NCBI RefSeq assembly: GCF_964355755.1
Contig: NC_092676.1
Coordinates: forward strand, 26,864,871-26,928,870
Source: Antedon mediterranea
Taxonomy: Eukaryota; Animalia; Echinodermata
DNA: 64,000 nucleotides
Reading direction: 5' to 3'
Part shown: positions 1 through 13,200 of the stretch, one piece after another
Layout of the letters: every line of letters begins with the position of its first letter
How positions within the stretch are numbered: position 1 is the first letter of the stretch
The notes under the pieces: model-generated
What the model was told of the DNA's origin: nothing
Database searches by the model: none
Seen by the model: the letters and a program-made list of their open reading frames with translations, nothing else
Made by a program: the position numbers and the translations under genes

Positions 1-1455
1 ATATAGTATTAATAGGTCTATACTATATTTACCTTATGAATAATTATGATATATGCGTATGTATGTTGGCCTACTGTTAAAAGTATTAGTAATCTTATTT
101 ACTATCATAATACACCCATCCCGCCTGTTATAAAAAAATAAACCGTATACGCAATCAATTCTTATTAACCCTGTGGTTAAAAAAAAATCACCTCATCGAA
201 AATCGCATAATTTAAGCTAACAATAGTAATGATGGTAATAATTGAGTTAATACTTTGTTGATTGATAAGATCTTTAGTGTTTCAACATAAAACGGCGGAA
301 ATTCACTTACTGTTTAAACGATTTGTATAGGCCTACCGGTCTCACTTGAATAAGGATGCCGTAATTGAATAACCGCCCACCTAAATACAAAACTACCGAT
401 TGAAACATAATAAACTGGAGGCTTAGAATGAATGAAGCGAAGAATAGCTGAGATTAATTGATAGCTACCAAACCATAACAGGCCTAACAGTAATGTAATT
501 TTTGTGATTCGATTATTTTTTTTGCCCCTTTTCAATTATTTTTTAACCATTTACATTTATTCAACAATATATATTTACATTCAAAAGTTAATTTTTTCCA
601 ACCATTGATTTACGCTCCAAAGTATTTAATTTAAATACAGTAGGCCTATTATTCTGAAAAGAAGATATTGAGTCTATAGTCCGCCTCCATATTTCAAACG
701 TTTGTGCCTAGCCTATCAGCTGCTGCTGAATGCGAGCAGACAGACTCAGACTAATAGAAGTTGTATTAGCCACACGCTGCTGACTAAATTACCCGTTAAT
801 GTAAAATTAATTAACTGTATGTTTACCCTAAATATGCAGAAGTGTAATCAATGTATTATTTGGTAAAGTCTGAGCTTTGTGTTTTTTTATTCATCAATAT
901 GACACGTGCGCCAATGCAATTTACACCTTTGGGGGTACTTGAAATGTAGAACAAATGCCCCGGCATTAGTTACTTGCTAAATTGTTTATTTATTGGACAT
1001 TGATAGAGAAACGTCAATATGTATGTTAGCTAAATGATTTTTAATGTTTCCAAAATGCGGACAGCATTGGCTTATACGCACTTAACGTTACGGAATAATA
1101 CGATATGTTTGATAATTAGTTGCCTGAGCCAATAGTCCAACTGATAAGATTTAAAGAAGCCGGGTGAATTTTATTCCATTGTGTACTGATTAGGCCCTTA
1201 GAAATATATTACCGGAGCTTAGCTTTGTGTAATAAACATCAGACAGTGACAAGAAGGAGAATAGTAGTGCGGGATCGATTCCATAGTTAAACTAGACATG
1301 ATGTGTGGTTGTTTAGGGGGAAATTTGATTATGGTTATTTTTAGTTAAAATGTATCATTTAATAACAATAAAGTACAGTAGTAGCATTTTGTACCAATTA
1401 ACAAGTTTTTAAACAATTGAGGGCGACATACTACTTTTTCAGATACATCCTACAG

Positions 1456-3591
1456 TTTTTAGTCGCGTGGAAGCGACTCTATAGTTCACTATGTCGGTCG
1501 GTCGGTCTGTCTGTCGGTCTGTCTGTCGGTCTGTCTGTCTGTCTGTCGGTCCGGTATCACTATGCGTTTTATCGCTTTCTGACCTTATCTTGATATCAGT
1601 TTAATCTAGCTAGGTCAATTTTTCACAGTATATTCCTTATGGCCAGGAATCAATGTGGTTATGTTTTCACGGTGCGCAATAAAAAATTACGCGGTATACG
1701 CTTCTACGATTTTTTCGAAAGTTTTTGAAAAGATTATCCATAATCAATTATACAATTATCTTACAAAATGTAAAGTGTTAAGCAACAATCAATATGGATT
1801 TAGAAACAAACACTCAACTTCTCATGCTATGATTGACTTGGTCCATAAAATATTAAATGCATTTGAAAAAAAGGAATATGCACTTACTACCTTTATGGAT
1901 TTGTCAAAAGCGTTTGACATTATCGATCACACAGTATTCTGTTGAGCAAATTGGCGCATTATGGTATAAGAGGCATCGTTTTAATGTGGTTTAGAAACTA
2001 TTTAAGTGGCCGCAAACAATATGTTTATGCCAACGGTAGATCATCATGTTTAAAAGACACCAATATAGGGATGCCACAGGGTTCTGTTTTAGGACCACTT
2101 TTGTTTTTAATTTACATCAATGATATAAGTCGAGCAAGTAGTAAAATAGATATAATTAGTTTTGCTGACAACACAACTTGTATAACAAGGGGAGATGACC
2201 CTACAATGTTAAACCATACTATGAATATTGAACTAGAAAAAATAAACGTATGGCTTAAAGCAAATAAGCTGTTACTGAATGTCAGCAAAACTAATTACGT
2301 TGTTTTTAGAACTAGCCAAAAGAACTTTGACAAAAAACCAGTTTGAAATAAAAATGAATAATGTGTTATTACACAGAAAAGAAAATGTGACATTTCTAGG
2401 TGTAATTTTAAACGAAAATCTTAACTGGAAACATCACATACAGCTTATTAGGAAAAAAATGTCTAGGGCAATTGGTATACTTTTAAAAGTAAGAGAATTC
2501 TTTCCTCATAAAGTCCGTATTAGTCTTTATAACACCTTAGTATTACCTCACCTTCAGTATGGTAACTTAATATGGGGAAATACATACAAGAGCACGTTAG
2601 AAGTAATACTAAAACTCCAAAAGAGAGCTGTAAAATGCATTACCTTCTCTAAATCCAGACAAGCCTCAGAGCCACTGTTTAAGAAACTAAAAATATTAAA
2701 CGTTTATGATATTTACAAAGTAAACGTCATAGGATTTATGGCAAACGTAAAATTCAATGAATTACCACATCACATTTTAAATATTTTTAATTACTGTGAC
2801 AGTATTAGGCCTACTCATAACCTCAGAACAGAAACTGAATTCGAAATTCCCTTCACAAGACTAACTTGCAGTCAACAGTTTATACACATATATGGACCAA
2901 AATTGTGGAAAGAATTCACTTGTAATGGTGGTAATACACCGGTTATCTTAAAGAAACAAAATAAATGTATAAAAAAACAGGTTAAAAAATACTTTTTATC
3001 ACTATATGCTGATTAACAACACCTTTGTTTATTTTATTTATACTTGTTCTTATGTAAAAGGGTCCTACAAAAAAACGAAGCTATAGCTTTTTTATGCAGG
3101 ATCCCTTTTCTCAGTTGTACTGTAATTATGATGTACTGTAATTGATGACTAATAATAAATGTGGAATAAATGAAATGAAAATGAAAATTTATTTTCGATG
3201 AAATAAGAGTACATTTCAGGCAATTTTAAGCGTTTACAAAATTGCCATGAGTGCGCATATTTTTGCGCGCGCACTGCGCGTTAAATGTTATTGCGCACTC
3301 TTTTTGCCCGATTTCTGTTTTCTTGACTTACTTTTCAACTCGAAATTACGTTATACGAGCACGTCGAAAGTGACAGGCTACGCACGTGTAAATTAAAAAA
3401 AAATAAATGTTTTTAAACATTTCAACATTTTTAAACATGTTCAGTAATTTCGGTCAGTATGGTTCACTATGTCGGTCGGTCGGTCTGTCTGTCTGTCTGT
3501 CTGTCGGTCTGTCTGTCGGTCTGTCGGTCTGTCTGTCGGTCCGGTATCACTATGCATTGTAGCACGCGACTTAATGGCTGTTGGCCTTGTT
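1456..3591 (+). mobile_element. Non-autonomous Helentron/DINE-1-like element, interrupted by a LINE
   Basis: Starts TTTTTAGTCGCGTG and ends CACGCGAC...GGCCTTGTT (subterminal inverted repeat GTCGCGTG/CACGCGAC). Two copies of a GTTCACTATGTCGG-(GTCT/GTCG)n-CCGGTATCACTATGC block lie at about 1484-1565 and 3462-3555. T-rich insertion site. Confidence 0.65.
1701..3187 (+). mobile_element. 5'-truncated, frameshifted non-LTR retrotransposon (CR1/L2/Crack-like) reverse transcriptase
   Basis: Three overlapping ORFs (1655-1945, 1942-2346, 2279-3016) carry RT motifs SKVFEK, QYGFR, DLSKAFD, PQGSVLGPLLFLIYIND, a degenerate FADNT and FLGV. The 3' UTR has a hairpin at about 3056-3109, then AATAAA and a (TGAAA)n tail. 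Confidence 0.92.
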
Positions 3592-3719
3592 AATCTTTAT
3601 TTCACTATTATTATCAAATAAATTATTTTCATTTAGATTATACTAATCACGGTCACCTTAACCTTTGTACTTTCGAAACGTGTTCACTTTCAATGTTTTA
3701 ATGTTGTAAATCTTTGATG

Positions 3720-4203
3720 AGGCCAATTTACACAGACGAGCGGTAACGGTAATATAAATATAGAATCTATGTTATTTCTTATTACCCGTAAAGCCTGGTT
3801 TCCATAAAATCGCTACACCGTCTCGCCGACTGCTGTCGCCGACAGAGCGTAGCGATTCTATGGAAACGCTAGAATTTATCGGGGATCTAGTACGCGAGCG
3901 CTACATATTCTTTGGTACACACGCATATACGATTCATCGCCGACAAAAATCGGCAAAGTTGAACATGGTTGAACTTTGCCGATTTGTCTGCGATGAATCG
4001 GGGAGACCTCCCCGATGCGCGTCGGCGACATCTGCGCGTGTAGCGATTTCAATGGAAACGGTGTAGCGATTTTATGGAAACCAGGCTTTACACAATACGC
4101 GGAGCGGACGGGCGGTTTCCGCGGAAGATAAATACAGATTCTATGTAGAACAAGCTACGCGGTTTTACCATTGCCGTTACCGCTCGTCTGTATAAATTGG
4201 CCT
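3720..4203. mobile_element. MITE (Harbinger-like) hosting a second MITE
   Basis: TIRs AGGCCAATTTACACAGACGAGCGGTAACGG / CCGTTACCGCTCGTCTGTATAAATTGGCCT. An uninterrupted degenerate relative at about 36954-37104 is flanked by TAA. Confidence 0.8.
3789..4090. mobile_element. Nested MITE with 32-bp perfect TIRs
   Basis: TAAAGCCTGGTTTCCATAAAATCGCTACACCG (3789-3820) and its exact reverse complement (4059-4090). Confidence 0.85.
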
Positions 4204-4252
4204 TTACGCGAACGCATTTAAAAATACGGTATTTTTCTAGAGTTAGAATTAT

Positions 4253-5123
4253 GCTTGGTTCCCACTAGCGACGCAACGTAAGAAAATGCCCTTCCAATAA
4301 TTGTGATTGCCCGTTCCTGCGTGAAATCAAACCTACGATGTTTGCAGCGTAGTTGGTTCCCACTTGTGATTACGCAATACAGCACTTTCTGTCGACACGT
4401 CGCTGTGTTGCGTTCTAGGGAACCACGCTTTATGGACAGTCTATAGTATAAGATATCTGATGCGCAAAGCACCTAATAATGCAACAATTATAGCTTTTGC
4501 GCAAGAAATTGAATGAAAACAGGATGGGGCTTTTATCTATGCCTATCCTGTATCAATAATGTGCTATATTAAGCGTGGTTCCCACTAGAGCGCAACGCAG
4601 AGACGTATTCACGCAAAGTTATGTATTGCGTAATCACAAGTGAGAACCGACGACGCAACAATGCTGTAGAAATCGCAGGTTTGATTTCACGCAGGTGGGG
4701 GAAAACACAATTATTGGAATGGCATTTGCTTATGTTGCGTCACAAGTGGAAACCAAGCGTTAAGCGTGGTTCCTACTAGCGACGCAACACAAGGACGTAA
4801 CGCAACGCATGTGAATTGACCAATCACAAGCGATGGCTTATTCGCTTGTGATTGCTAACTGTCTATAACTTCGCTTGTCATTAATCAAGCTTGGTTCCCA
4901 CTAGAACGTAACGCAAGAACGTAAACGCAACGCAAACGTTTTAACCAATGACAAGCGAAGTTATAGACAGTTAGCAATGACAAGCGAATAAGCCATCGCT
5001 TGTGATTGGTCAATTCACTTGCGTTGCGTTACGTCCTTGTGTTGCGTCGCTAGTGGGAACCACGCTTTAAAACGCTTGCGTTGCGTTTACGTCCTTGCGT
5101 TACGTTCTAGTGGGAACCAAGCT
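4253..5123. mobile_element. Cluster of four related MITEs with GC(G/T)TGGTTCCCACTAG termini
   Basis: Copies at about 4253-4430, 4571-4761 and 4763-5123, plus 4888-5066 inserted in inverted orientation inside the third. A further partial copy lies at about 25777-25938. Confidence 0.85.
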
Positions 5124-6264
5124 TAAGTATAGTATTCAATTAACGCATCGTTAAAATCGTATAATTTTTACAAGCCTTTTTATGATGCGCATTGAACACG
5201 TGCGCATAACCATGGGTAGCTAGCTCTTCCTTGACAACGCAAGCCCGTGATGATCGCTATAGATATGAAGCAGTTGTCAGCTAACACATGCAAACAGGCC
5301 TAATCTCAATATTTCACACTGTGAACCACTTGAATTTATGTCATATTTACGTTGAACAAACATAAATACGCCTATAACACATTACGGACCTCGTAAACCA
5401 GGTCTACACAGGTGCTGTAGTTTCATACATTTTACAAAACTAAGTTCTACATTAATTTACTTATCCCAATGACACGTGCTGTAAGCATTAATTGATTTTG
5501 ATTTTAATTAATATATTATTTAAGTCTTAATAAACTCATGTAATATTTACATTAACTTGACTTTGGGCAAATAGTGCCACGTGACATTTGGGACACTGAC
5601 AAAAAACCATTACTGATTTATTAGCGATATAGTATAACCGTACCTATAACGTGTACCGCAAAGTTCTGTCTCCAGACTATCAAACCTGAATACCCCCCAA
5701 ACAATGTGATGTGCCCATATATGGACACGATGACGTCATATTTCTACAATATTTTGGCACATCAGATTTTTTTGTCACATAATGTTTGATAGTGTTGATA
5801 CAGTTTTAGTCTTCGTACATGAAGCATCAGTTTCAAGGTCTGCAGTTTAACTCGTTAATTAGTTGTCTTTCTCGTTTCTAACCATCAAAACGGGTTTTAA
5901 CTTCACCTGTTTACAGCAAATGCATTTGAAACGCTTTATTTCAAAACATGACGCCTATAAACGCGGCCTTTTAAAAAACGGATGATAACTTTCGAATCTA
6001 TTGCAATCAAGTAATGCAAATATAATTAGTTAAATATTGTATTTATTTTATTTTTAGATTGGTAAGCATGACCATAAAGCAGGCCGATTATGGGCAAAGC
6101 CAAAGCACCTGCCATAGGCCTACTTTTGTACGAAATGTCTTTATCTCATGTGTCTATCAACGAACAAAGAATAAATTACATTCATTATGCTTACTACGTA
6201 GGCCTAGCTTTTTGTGGTCGTTGCTAGGCCTACAGATTGGGGTCATTGCATATCGTAATCTTAA

Positions 6265-6581
6265 AGATGTATTTTCCCCCTGAAAAAAAAAATTCTTAAA
6301 CATTTTTGTTGTTGAATATGCCATTTTAATGTCACCTAAAAGTTATCCACTTTGACCAAAAATTGGATTGAAAAAATGTTTAATTTAAAACAAAAAATAG
6401 CCAAATTGGCTGCCAGCCAATGGGTTTTTGATTGAATTTAAACATTTATTTTGTCATTTTATAAGTGAAAACATTATTTTTGTAGGTTTTTAAATTCTAC
6501 GAAAGTAATTAACTACAATGTCTATTCAACGTCTGATTTTATTAATCTTTATTTTTCATGTTTTTGGGGGACAATACATCT
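6265..6581. mobile_element. Kolobok-like non-autonomous DNA transposon (TTAA TSD)
   Basis: TTAA-AGATGTATT(T/G)TCCCC ... GGGGACAATACATCT-TTAA. Relatives at about 12440-12720, 16723-17045, 48901-49165 and 55019-55710. Confidence 0.75.
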
Positions 6582-7616
6582 TTAACATAAGTACATGAAG
6601 TAAAACAATATAGATTTCTTTGGTGGAGTGACATTTTGACATAATTATTTGGCTTAGGATTATGATAATGATGTTAATCAGGAAAAATGAATAGCGCCCT
6701 CGTATTCGTCACAAACTTCGGAATACAAACTTACGTTGAACTGAGATATTCAGGATTTTTTATTACGTTCCTACTATTATTATTTTATTGAATAAGTTAA
6801 TGTCTATGTAAGTTGCGGCGGCCAGGGGGTGCGGGGTTCGAACAAATAAATTGAAATTAATATTCGGACGACACCCTCATCATTGTCCGTAAAAGATTGG
6901 ACCCCACGCTTTTTGCCCATCGTTGTAGATTTCAAACGAGGATAGGCCTACAGTACGACCAGTTAAACAATGCATACGTCACTAGCCTCTTGAAGCGTTG
7001 TACATTTTCGAAACTTGGTTAACTATTGTACGATTCTGTTTCGATTTGCTCTCTTTTGTATTGCGTAACTGTGTTAATCTATACGGAGATATGTTAACAA
7101 TTAAAGAAATAAAATTGACAAAGCCATAAAATAATTATTACAAGAGCAAACATAGTGTAGATCGCTTTGTTTATGGTTTGATAACGTTTTGTTTTGCAAA
7201 AGATGTTTTGAAAGTAACGAATGATTGATTGAGTAAAGTGGCTCGTATCGTCGGCGGCAAAGCTGCTCTCGCGAACAAGTATCAACCGCTGTAGAATAAT
7301 AATCGCTCTAGAACCTCTATTACGCGTACGGGGACGTCTTCGGCACCCAAAAACGTGTCCTCTGAATGGCCGGATTGTTAAATTATATTTTTTGGCCAAA
7401 GCACGTCACCCGTCAAATAAACGTCGCTCACAATATAACACGCTGCGGCGATCGACGTTTTAGGCTGCGCACACAATATAAAAGCCACGTAAAATGTGTG
7501 TAGGTATGCGATTACGATGAGAGAAGAATGGTTGAGGATAATGACGATAAAGATGATGATGATGATGATTGTTGAATATTATATAAATAAATAATAAGAA
7601 CGCAATTTAGTGAGTA

Positions 7617-7968
7617 GGCCGCCTCCTATACTGTGACGACGACGAAAAACAAATGTTATGGCCGCCTCCTATACTGTGACGACGACGAAAAACAAAATAA
7701 TGTTATGGCCGCCTCCTATACTGTGACGACGACGAAAAACAAATGTTATGGCCGCCTCCTATACTGTGACGACGACGAAAAACAAATGTTATGGCCGCCT
7801 CCTATACTGTGACGACGACGAAAAACAAATGTTATGGCCACCTCCTTATACTGTGACGACGACGAAAAACAAATGTTATGGCCGCCTCCTATACTGTGAC
7901 GACGACGAAAAACAAATGGTATGGCCGCCTTCTATACTGTAACAACTTCGTCGGAAAACAAATGTTAT
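7617..7968. repeat. Minisatellite, 43-bp unit, about 8 copies
   Basis: Unit GGCCGCCTCCTATACTGTGACGACGACGAAAAACAAATGTTAT starts at 7617, 7660, 7707, 7750, 7793, 7836, 7880 and 7923. No spacers. Confidence 0.97.
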
Positions 7969-10242
7969 GTCACATAATTTGCGAATGTATGTGACCGCGT
8001 TTTGCGATAATTTCAGGGGGATAACTCGACCTCGTTATGATATCTGGGGGAACGCATGACCCCAATATTTCATAATTTCCTCATTCTACCTAAGATTTAT
8101 AGGTAGCAATCATACATTACAAATTTGAATAATAAAATTAGATCACATACGGTGCCAATTCCCACACATTGGACCTCGTGGGAAAGCCTCGATCTTCACT
8201 AAAGGGACACCAGATAAATCATCACAGGAAAAACAGAGCAAAACAAGAATAAAAGTTAAAGGGTCAGTAGGCTATATTCTGTTTATTATTGACATCTCAA
8301 CGTATGTTTTTGGTTCCCACGAATGTTCCCTCAATTTTCTCGAGCAATGAAATCAAGTCGAGTGAATTTTGGATAATATTACACGTTTTATGTGTCATTA
8401 TAAGACCACTTATATGTTAGCCATTTATAGAAAGAACGTTTCAGGGACTTAAATGAAACAGGACCGTCCCATCCCCGTCATCTGACGTGCATGTGTCTAA
8501 TCTGAATAGGCTTTAGATACGGCTGCGCTCCAATATGGTTAATAAATAGCCAACATACTATAAGATCTGATTGGAACGGTAGCTTAATAACAAGGTAATT
8601 ACTGAAAGTAATAAATACAAATAAAACATCATACCAAACAGAAAATGCTCGACAAAATGATTAATTAATTTGAGGTAAGTCTTATAACGTATTCGAAATA
8701 TTTGTCTTAGACAATTTTTGCCAGTAGGCCTATAGGCTACAGCCTATATACTAGGACCAAAACTTAGTAACAGTAGCCAACAGGTACAGTAATGCCTGAC
8801 TCTCCCTTTAAATAATGTAACGTAAAATAATAACTTAATTAGGTCCGTATTTCAAGGTAAACGGTTTGTGTTTCCCCCCGCCGACAACCTTCACACTGTC
8901 TTACCTAGTTTCTCATCACCATTAAGTACTACCAAATTCAGTAGGTTAGATGTCATGACAACCAGACGCGAGTGATTTACAACTCTTTACCTTATAATAA
9001 AAAAATAAATATTAAACATTCGACGATTCTAAATTTTATCCGGAAATGTACGGCTAATTGGGATAATTTAGATTGTGCAATAAATATATATTTTTTGATA
9101 TACACTATGTATCAACAAAGGTATTGTTATTCCCCAATTACCACCTAGATTCTTGACCGATAAAGTAAAAATAGTAAAAATTAAAAATGATTACAGGTGA
9201 TTGATTGACTGGTATGTACGTATGCGTATACCATTTAGTATATGTATTCGAAACATTTAAAGAAGAGAATGCAAAATTAAGCATTAGGACCAGAATTTGT
9301 CAGTGCGTTCAAACGATGATAATGTACGAATTAATTAGCTGTTAGTGGCGGTTTCATCGCTGTTGGTTGTAAACTGAATAAAATAAATAAATGTACGCGC
9401 GCGTCAACATTGTGGTTTGCGTATTTATTGCGTTTTTGGTAATCAGGTTCTAGTTCAAACCGTTTAGTTCTCATTTAGTCATATGAGTCTGCGCAGAATA
9501 TCTCTTAGACTCAACAGTTGTATTTTAATTGTTAGATATTCATAAATATAAATTCGAACAATACAATACTATATTCCTACAGTGAAGTAGGCACTTTTTT
9601 TTATTCTGGTTAGATCTTTCCCTTTATATGAATTATCTATCTGGCCGCCATTACCATTTAAGAATTTTTCATCAGTTGCAGATCATTTTTTTTTTCGTTT
9701 ACGTTCTTTGAAATTCACTAATATATCGATATCACGTAGGCTTATCGTATTTAATTTTGATATAAACAATTTGTTAACAAAAAACAATTATCAAATGTAT
9801 AATTAGTTAACGTTATCGCGTATTTGAATACCATTTGATAACATTCTTTTCATTTGACAACTATGCTTGATGAGATAGAAACTAAAACTCAAGATAAAGT
9901 TAGTTGGTGCCAGGCGTACGTAAAAAGGAGTTGCGACGACGACAAAATTCAACCAATCAAAACAGCCGTATCACATCTTCCGGTATGAATGAGTCTGTCA
10001 AAATATTCGATTTGTATTCATTTTATTAATCTATTGTAAATAAATGCTTTTCGTTTAAATTGATTAACTTGAATCGCTCGGTACAGGTTGACGGAGAAAC
10101 GTTCTAAACAGGTTGATGTACGTACGATAAAAAGAACGAGTCACAGTGCGCATCATTTACTGTCTACAAGAAGACGTAGTCTGATTTTCACCGCGTACTT
10201 CGAAAGAAACTTTTAGTGGGTTTTTTCTCGAAAATAACCAAA

Positions 10243-13200
10243 ATGACACAAGAATATTTTTCAAAATGTCAGGAGGCATTTTCGTTTTTTCAATCTCACG
10301 ATGATATTTCCTCTCCTGATGTAAGCATTTTTTGTTTTTATTTTTTAACTCGTTTTTTGTATGTATACTTTTCAGTAGACGCAATAAGATATAGACCTAA
10401 TTAGAGGAGTTTAAAATTTGTTTTATGTTTATAATGGCGTTTTAAATTGAAACACTTTACATAAAAGTTTAAGGAAAATGTACATTATGTCATTCATCCA
10501 AGTAAATATAATATGAGTCCAGTTGATTTGTTTTAATTTACTTAATGTAATACTTCTTGTATATCGAGTAAATCAATGTGTTTAATGTGATATATTATAA
10601 TAATTTGTAACTTTCTTTTATGAAATTCATTTTCTTCAATATGAGGATATAATAATGTGCATTATTTACCTTTGCCTGCTATTATTTAACAGTGAACATT
10701 TTTTCTTTTCTATTAGTTTGTTAATAATTACATGATTATTGATAGGCCAATACCGTAATTATTAAGACATTAATCTAGGCATATTTTCCCTCATTCGCAT
10801 AACGTTAAGACGTACATCTTATTTCTTACGGTAGGAATTATTTTAGGAAATTTGCTGAATTTAATGTTTAAAATAATTTGTTTTAGGGTATTGACAACCT
10901 GTACAGTAAGATCAATCAGGACTGGCAGACGACACAGTCGTATGACGTCAGATCGCAAGTTTGCGCTAACCTCAACTTAAAGTCAACAGGTAAGACAACT
11001 CCTGCACCCCCCCCCCCTCCCCTCTCAAATATATTGTACAAAACCAGTGTACAATTGTTTATTACTGTATTACCGTATATGTTCGAACAAACGCCCGGAG
11101 GGTTTTTAGAGGAGCGTTTATTCAAGGGAGGCGTTCATTCTGGGGATGCGTTTATTTTTGGGGGTGTAAAATCACTGTTAAAATAATAGCAGGCAATGGC
11201 AATAAAATGCACATTAATCGTCATATTGAAGAAAATGAATTTCATAAAAGAAAGTCAAATAAATTCTTCCTAAATATGAAAAAATACAACACAATTAATA
11301 TCAAGAAATTCGTGGTCAATTGTAGATCAATTCTACTACATAGTATAGTATTTGAGGAAAAAAATCAAAGGCAGACGAAGATAAGTATTGACTTACCGTA
11401 ATGTACGTAAAGATGGCTTATTTCAAAAAATTACAACCATCTATATATAATTGTTTAAATTCATCCTAATTTTAGACTGTTCGCGGTACTAGACGTACTA
11501 TTTATTTTGCATCAAAAGTATATATATTTCTTTTACAGCAATATTTCTATTTAAGTGTAATTTATATAATCATAATGAACGGAAAACATGGTATTTGATA
11601 CAAAATGGGTTATGCAACGAGCCGAAGCTCTTTTAAACACATTACCATTTAAATAATATCTAATTAGCAAAAACAATAAAAGTAAAAATACATAAAATTA
11701 TTACATAATGAATATTTTTCAGCCGTTCAAGTAATTATTATTTTAAAGGGCTTAATATGTATTTATCGACCTCTATATTGTGGCGTATTCACCTGCAGTG
11801 CATGTTTCAAAACTGTTGTGAAAAGAACACACAAACAATGTGAAGTTAAACCACAAGTCGATTAGTTTAAATCTCCCTGTAAGAAACACAAAGTATTCGA
11901 AGCAAACTGGTTGTGTTTGTAATAATACATGTAAGGTATGTTCAATGCAAATGAAACTCGGAGATGGTAAAAAAGAACTAAATTGAATTATCATATCCTT
12001 GATTCGTATGCAATATTGTTTCAACGTTTTCTTAAGCAAATCAAATCCCATAGGACCTTGGTATTACTGTTGGACAATGATGTGGTGCTTTGCCGGGGAA
12101 ATTTATAGGAATGTTATGAAGAGTTTCTCTAGAGATACATGCCCACACCTTATGCTGTGAAAATTTTACTCAATAAAATATATATTTAAATAAAACATTG
12201 AATGTAACTAGCATAGGCTACTCATTGTAATGTAGGGTCTAAAGCCTGTTTTACATTAGCGAATATTTTCGCGCCAACTTTCACGATTTCTGATTGGTTC
12301 CGTAAGTTTTCAAGTCAAATGAAAATATCACCACTTTCAATTCGCGCGAATAAATTCGTCTAGTAAAAAAAGGCTTAACCCTCAAATAACATCTCCGGTA
12401 ATGTTTGCTCGTGTACACATTTTTTGTTGTCTATAACTTTAAAGATGAATTGTCCCCCTAAAAAAAAAAATTCTTAACATTTTTTTTTTAATATGCCATT
12501 AAAAAAAATGTATTTACCTAAAAAACTGTTATTTAAAGCAAAACATAGTCAAATTGGCAGCCAATGGGTTTTGGTTGAATTTAACCATTTAGTTTATCAT
12601 TTAAGTGAAAACATAAATTTGTTCTGGTTTTTTTTTCTACGGAAGGGATTAACTTTTATTAAAACTACAAAATAATCTATTCAAAGTCTAATTTTATCAA
12701 TCTTTATTTTTCATGTTTTTAATGTAAATACATTATGATAATATACTTGAATATTCTTAGACCCCCAGACTTGGGACATCGACGATGTACAGGTGTGGTT
12801 GCGATGGGTCTCCACAACCTGTCTTAAAATGGACCAGTCTGACATACCTCCTGTGTGTATGGATGGTAGGTCCTTGTCTAGCTGTACTGAGGATAACTTT
12901 AGGGAGATGCTCCAGGTTTCACCGATGGTTGCAGCTAATATTTACCAAATATTTAAATCATGGTACCAAGGTAAATATAATATTGGTTCTTAATTGTTTC
13001 AGATCTAATAAAGCCAAGTGTCATATTTAGGACTCGAAGTGTTTCATTAACAGGGGAGTCCTCAGAGCTCTGTCTACGCTAACTTTATGTAACAAAAAAT
13101 GTGGTGTGCCCATATATGGACACGACATATCATTGCTATCTTTATTATTCATTTGTCATCATATTCGCTATATGCCATGCAGCTGTACTTTTTTCTGTTC

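Noticed and set aside
1655-3016. RT as a retron, DGR or group II intron, or as a programmed-frameshift gene
   Set aside because: Motifs and 3' tail are those of a non-LTR retrotransposon. It is 5'-truncated, has two frameshifts and a mutated catalytic motif (FADN).
7617-7968. CRISPR-like regular repeat and ORF 7748-7942
   Set aside because: Units are contiguous with no unique spacers or cas genes. The context is eukaryotic and the ORF is a repeat artefact.
11773-12170. Possible extra ETS exons around 11799-11935 and 12054
   Set aside because: There are stops in the required phases, and the gene model closes in frame without them.
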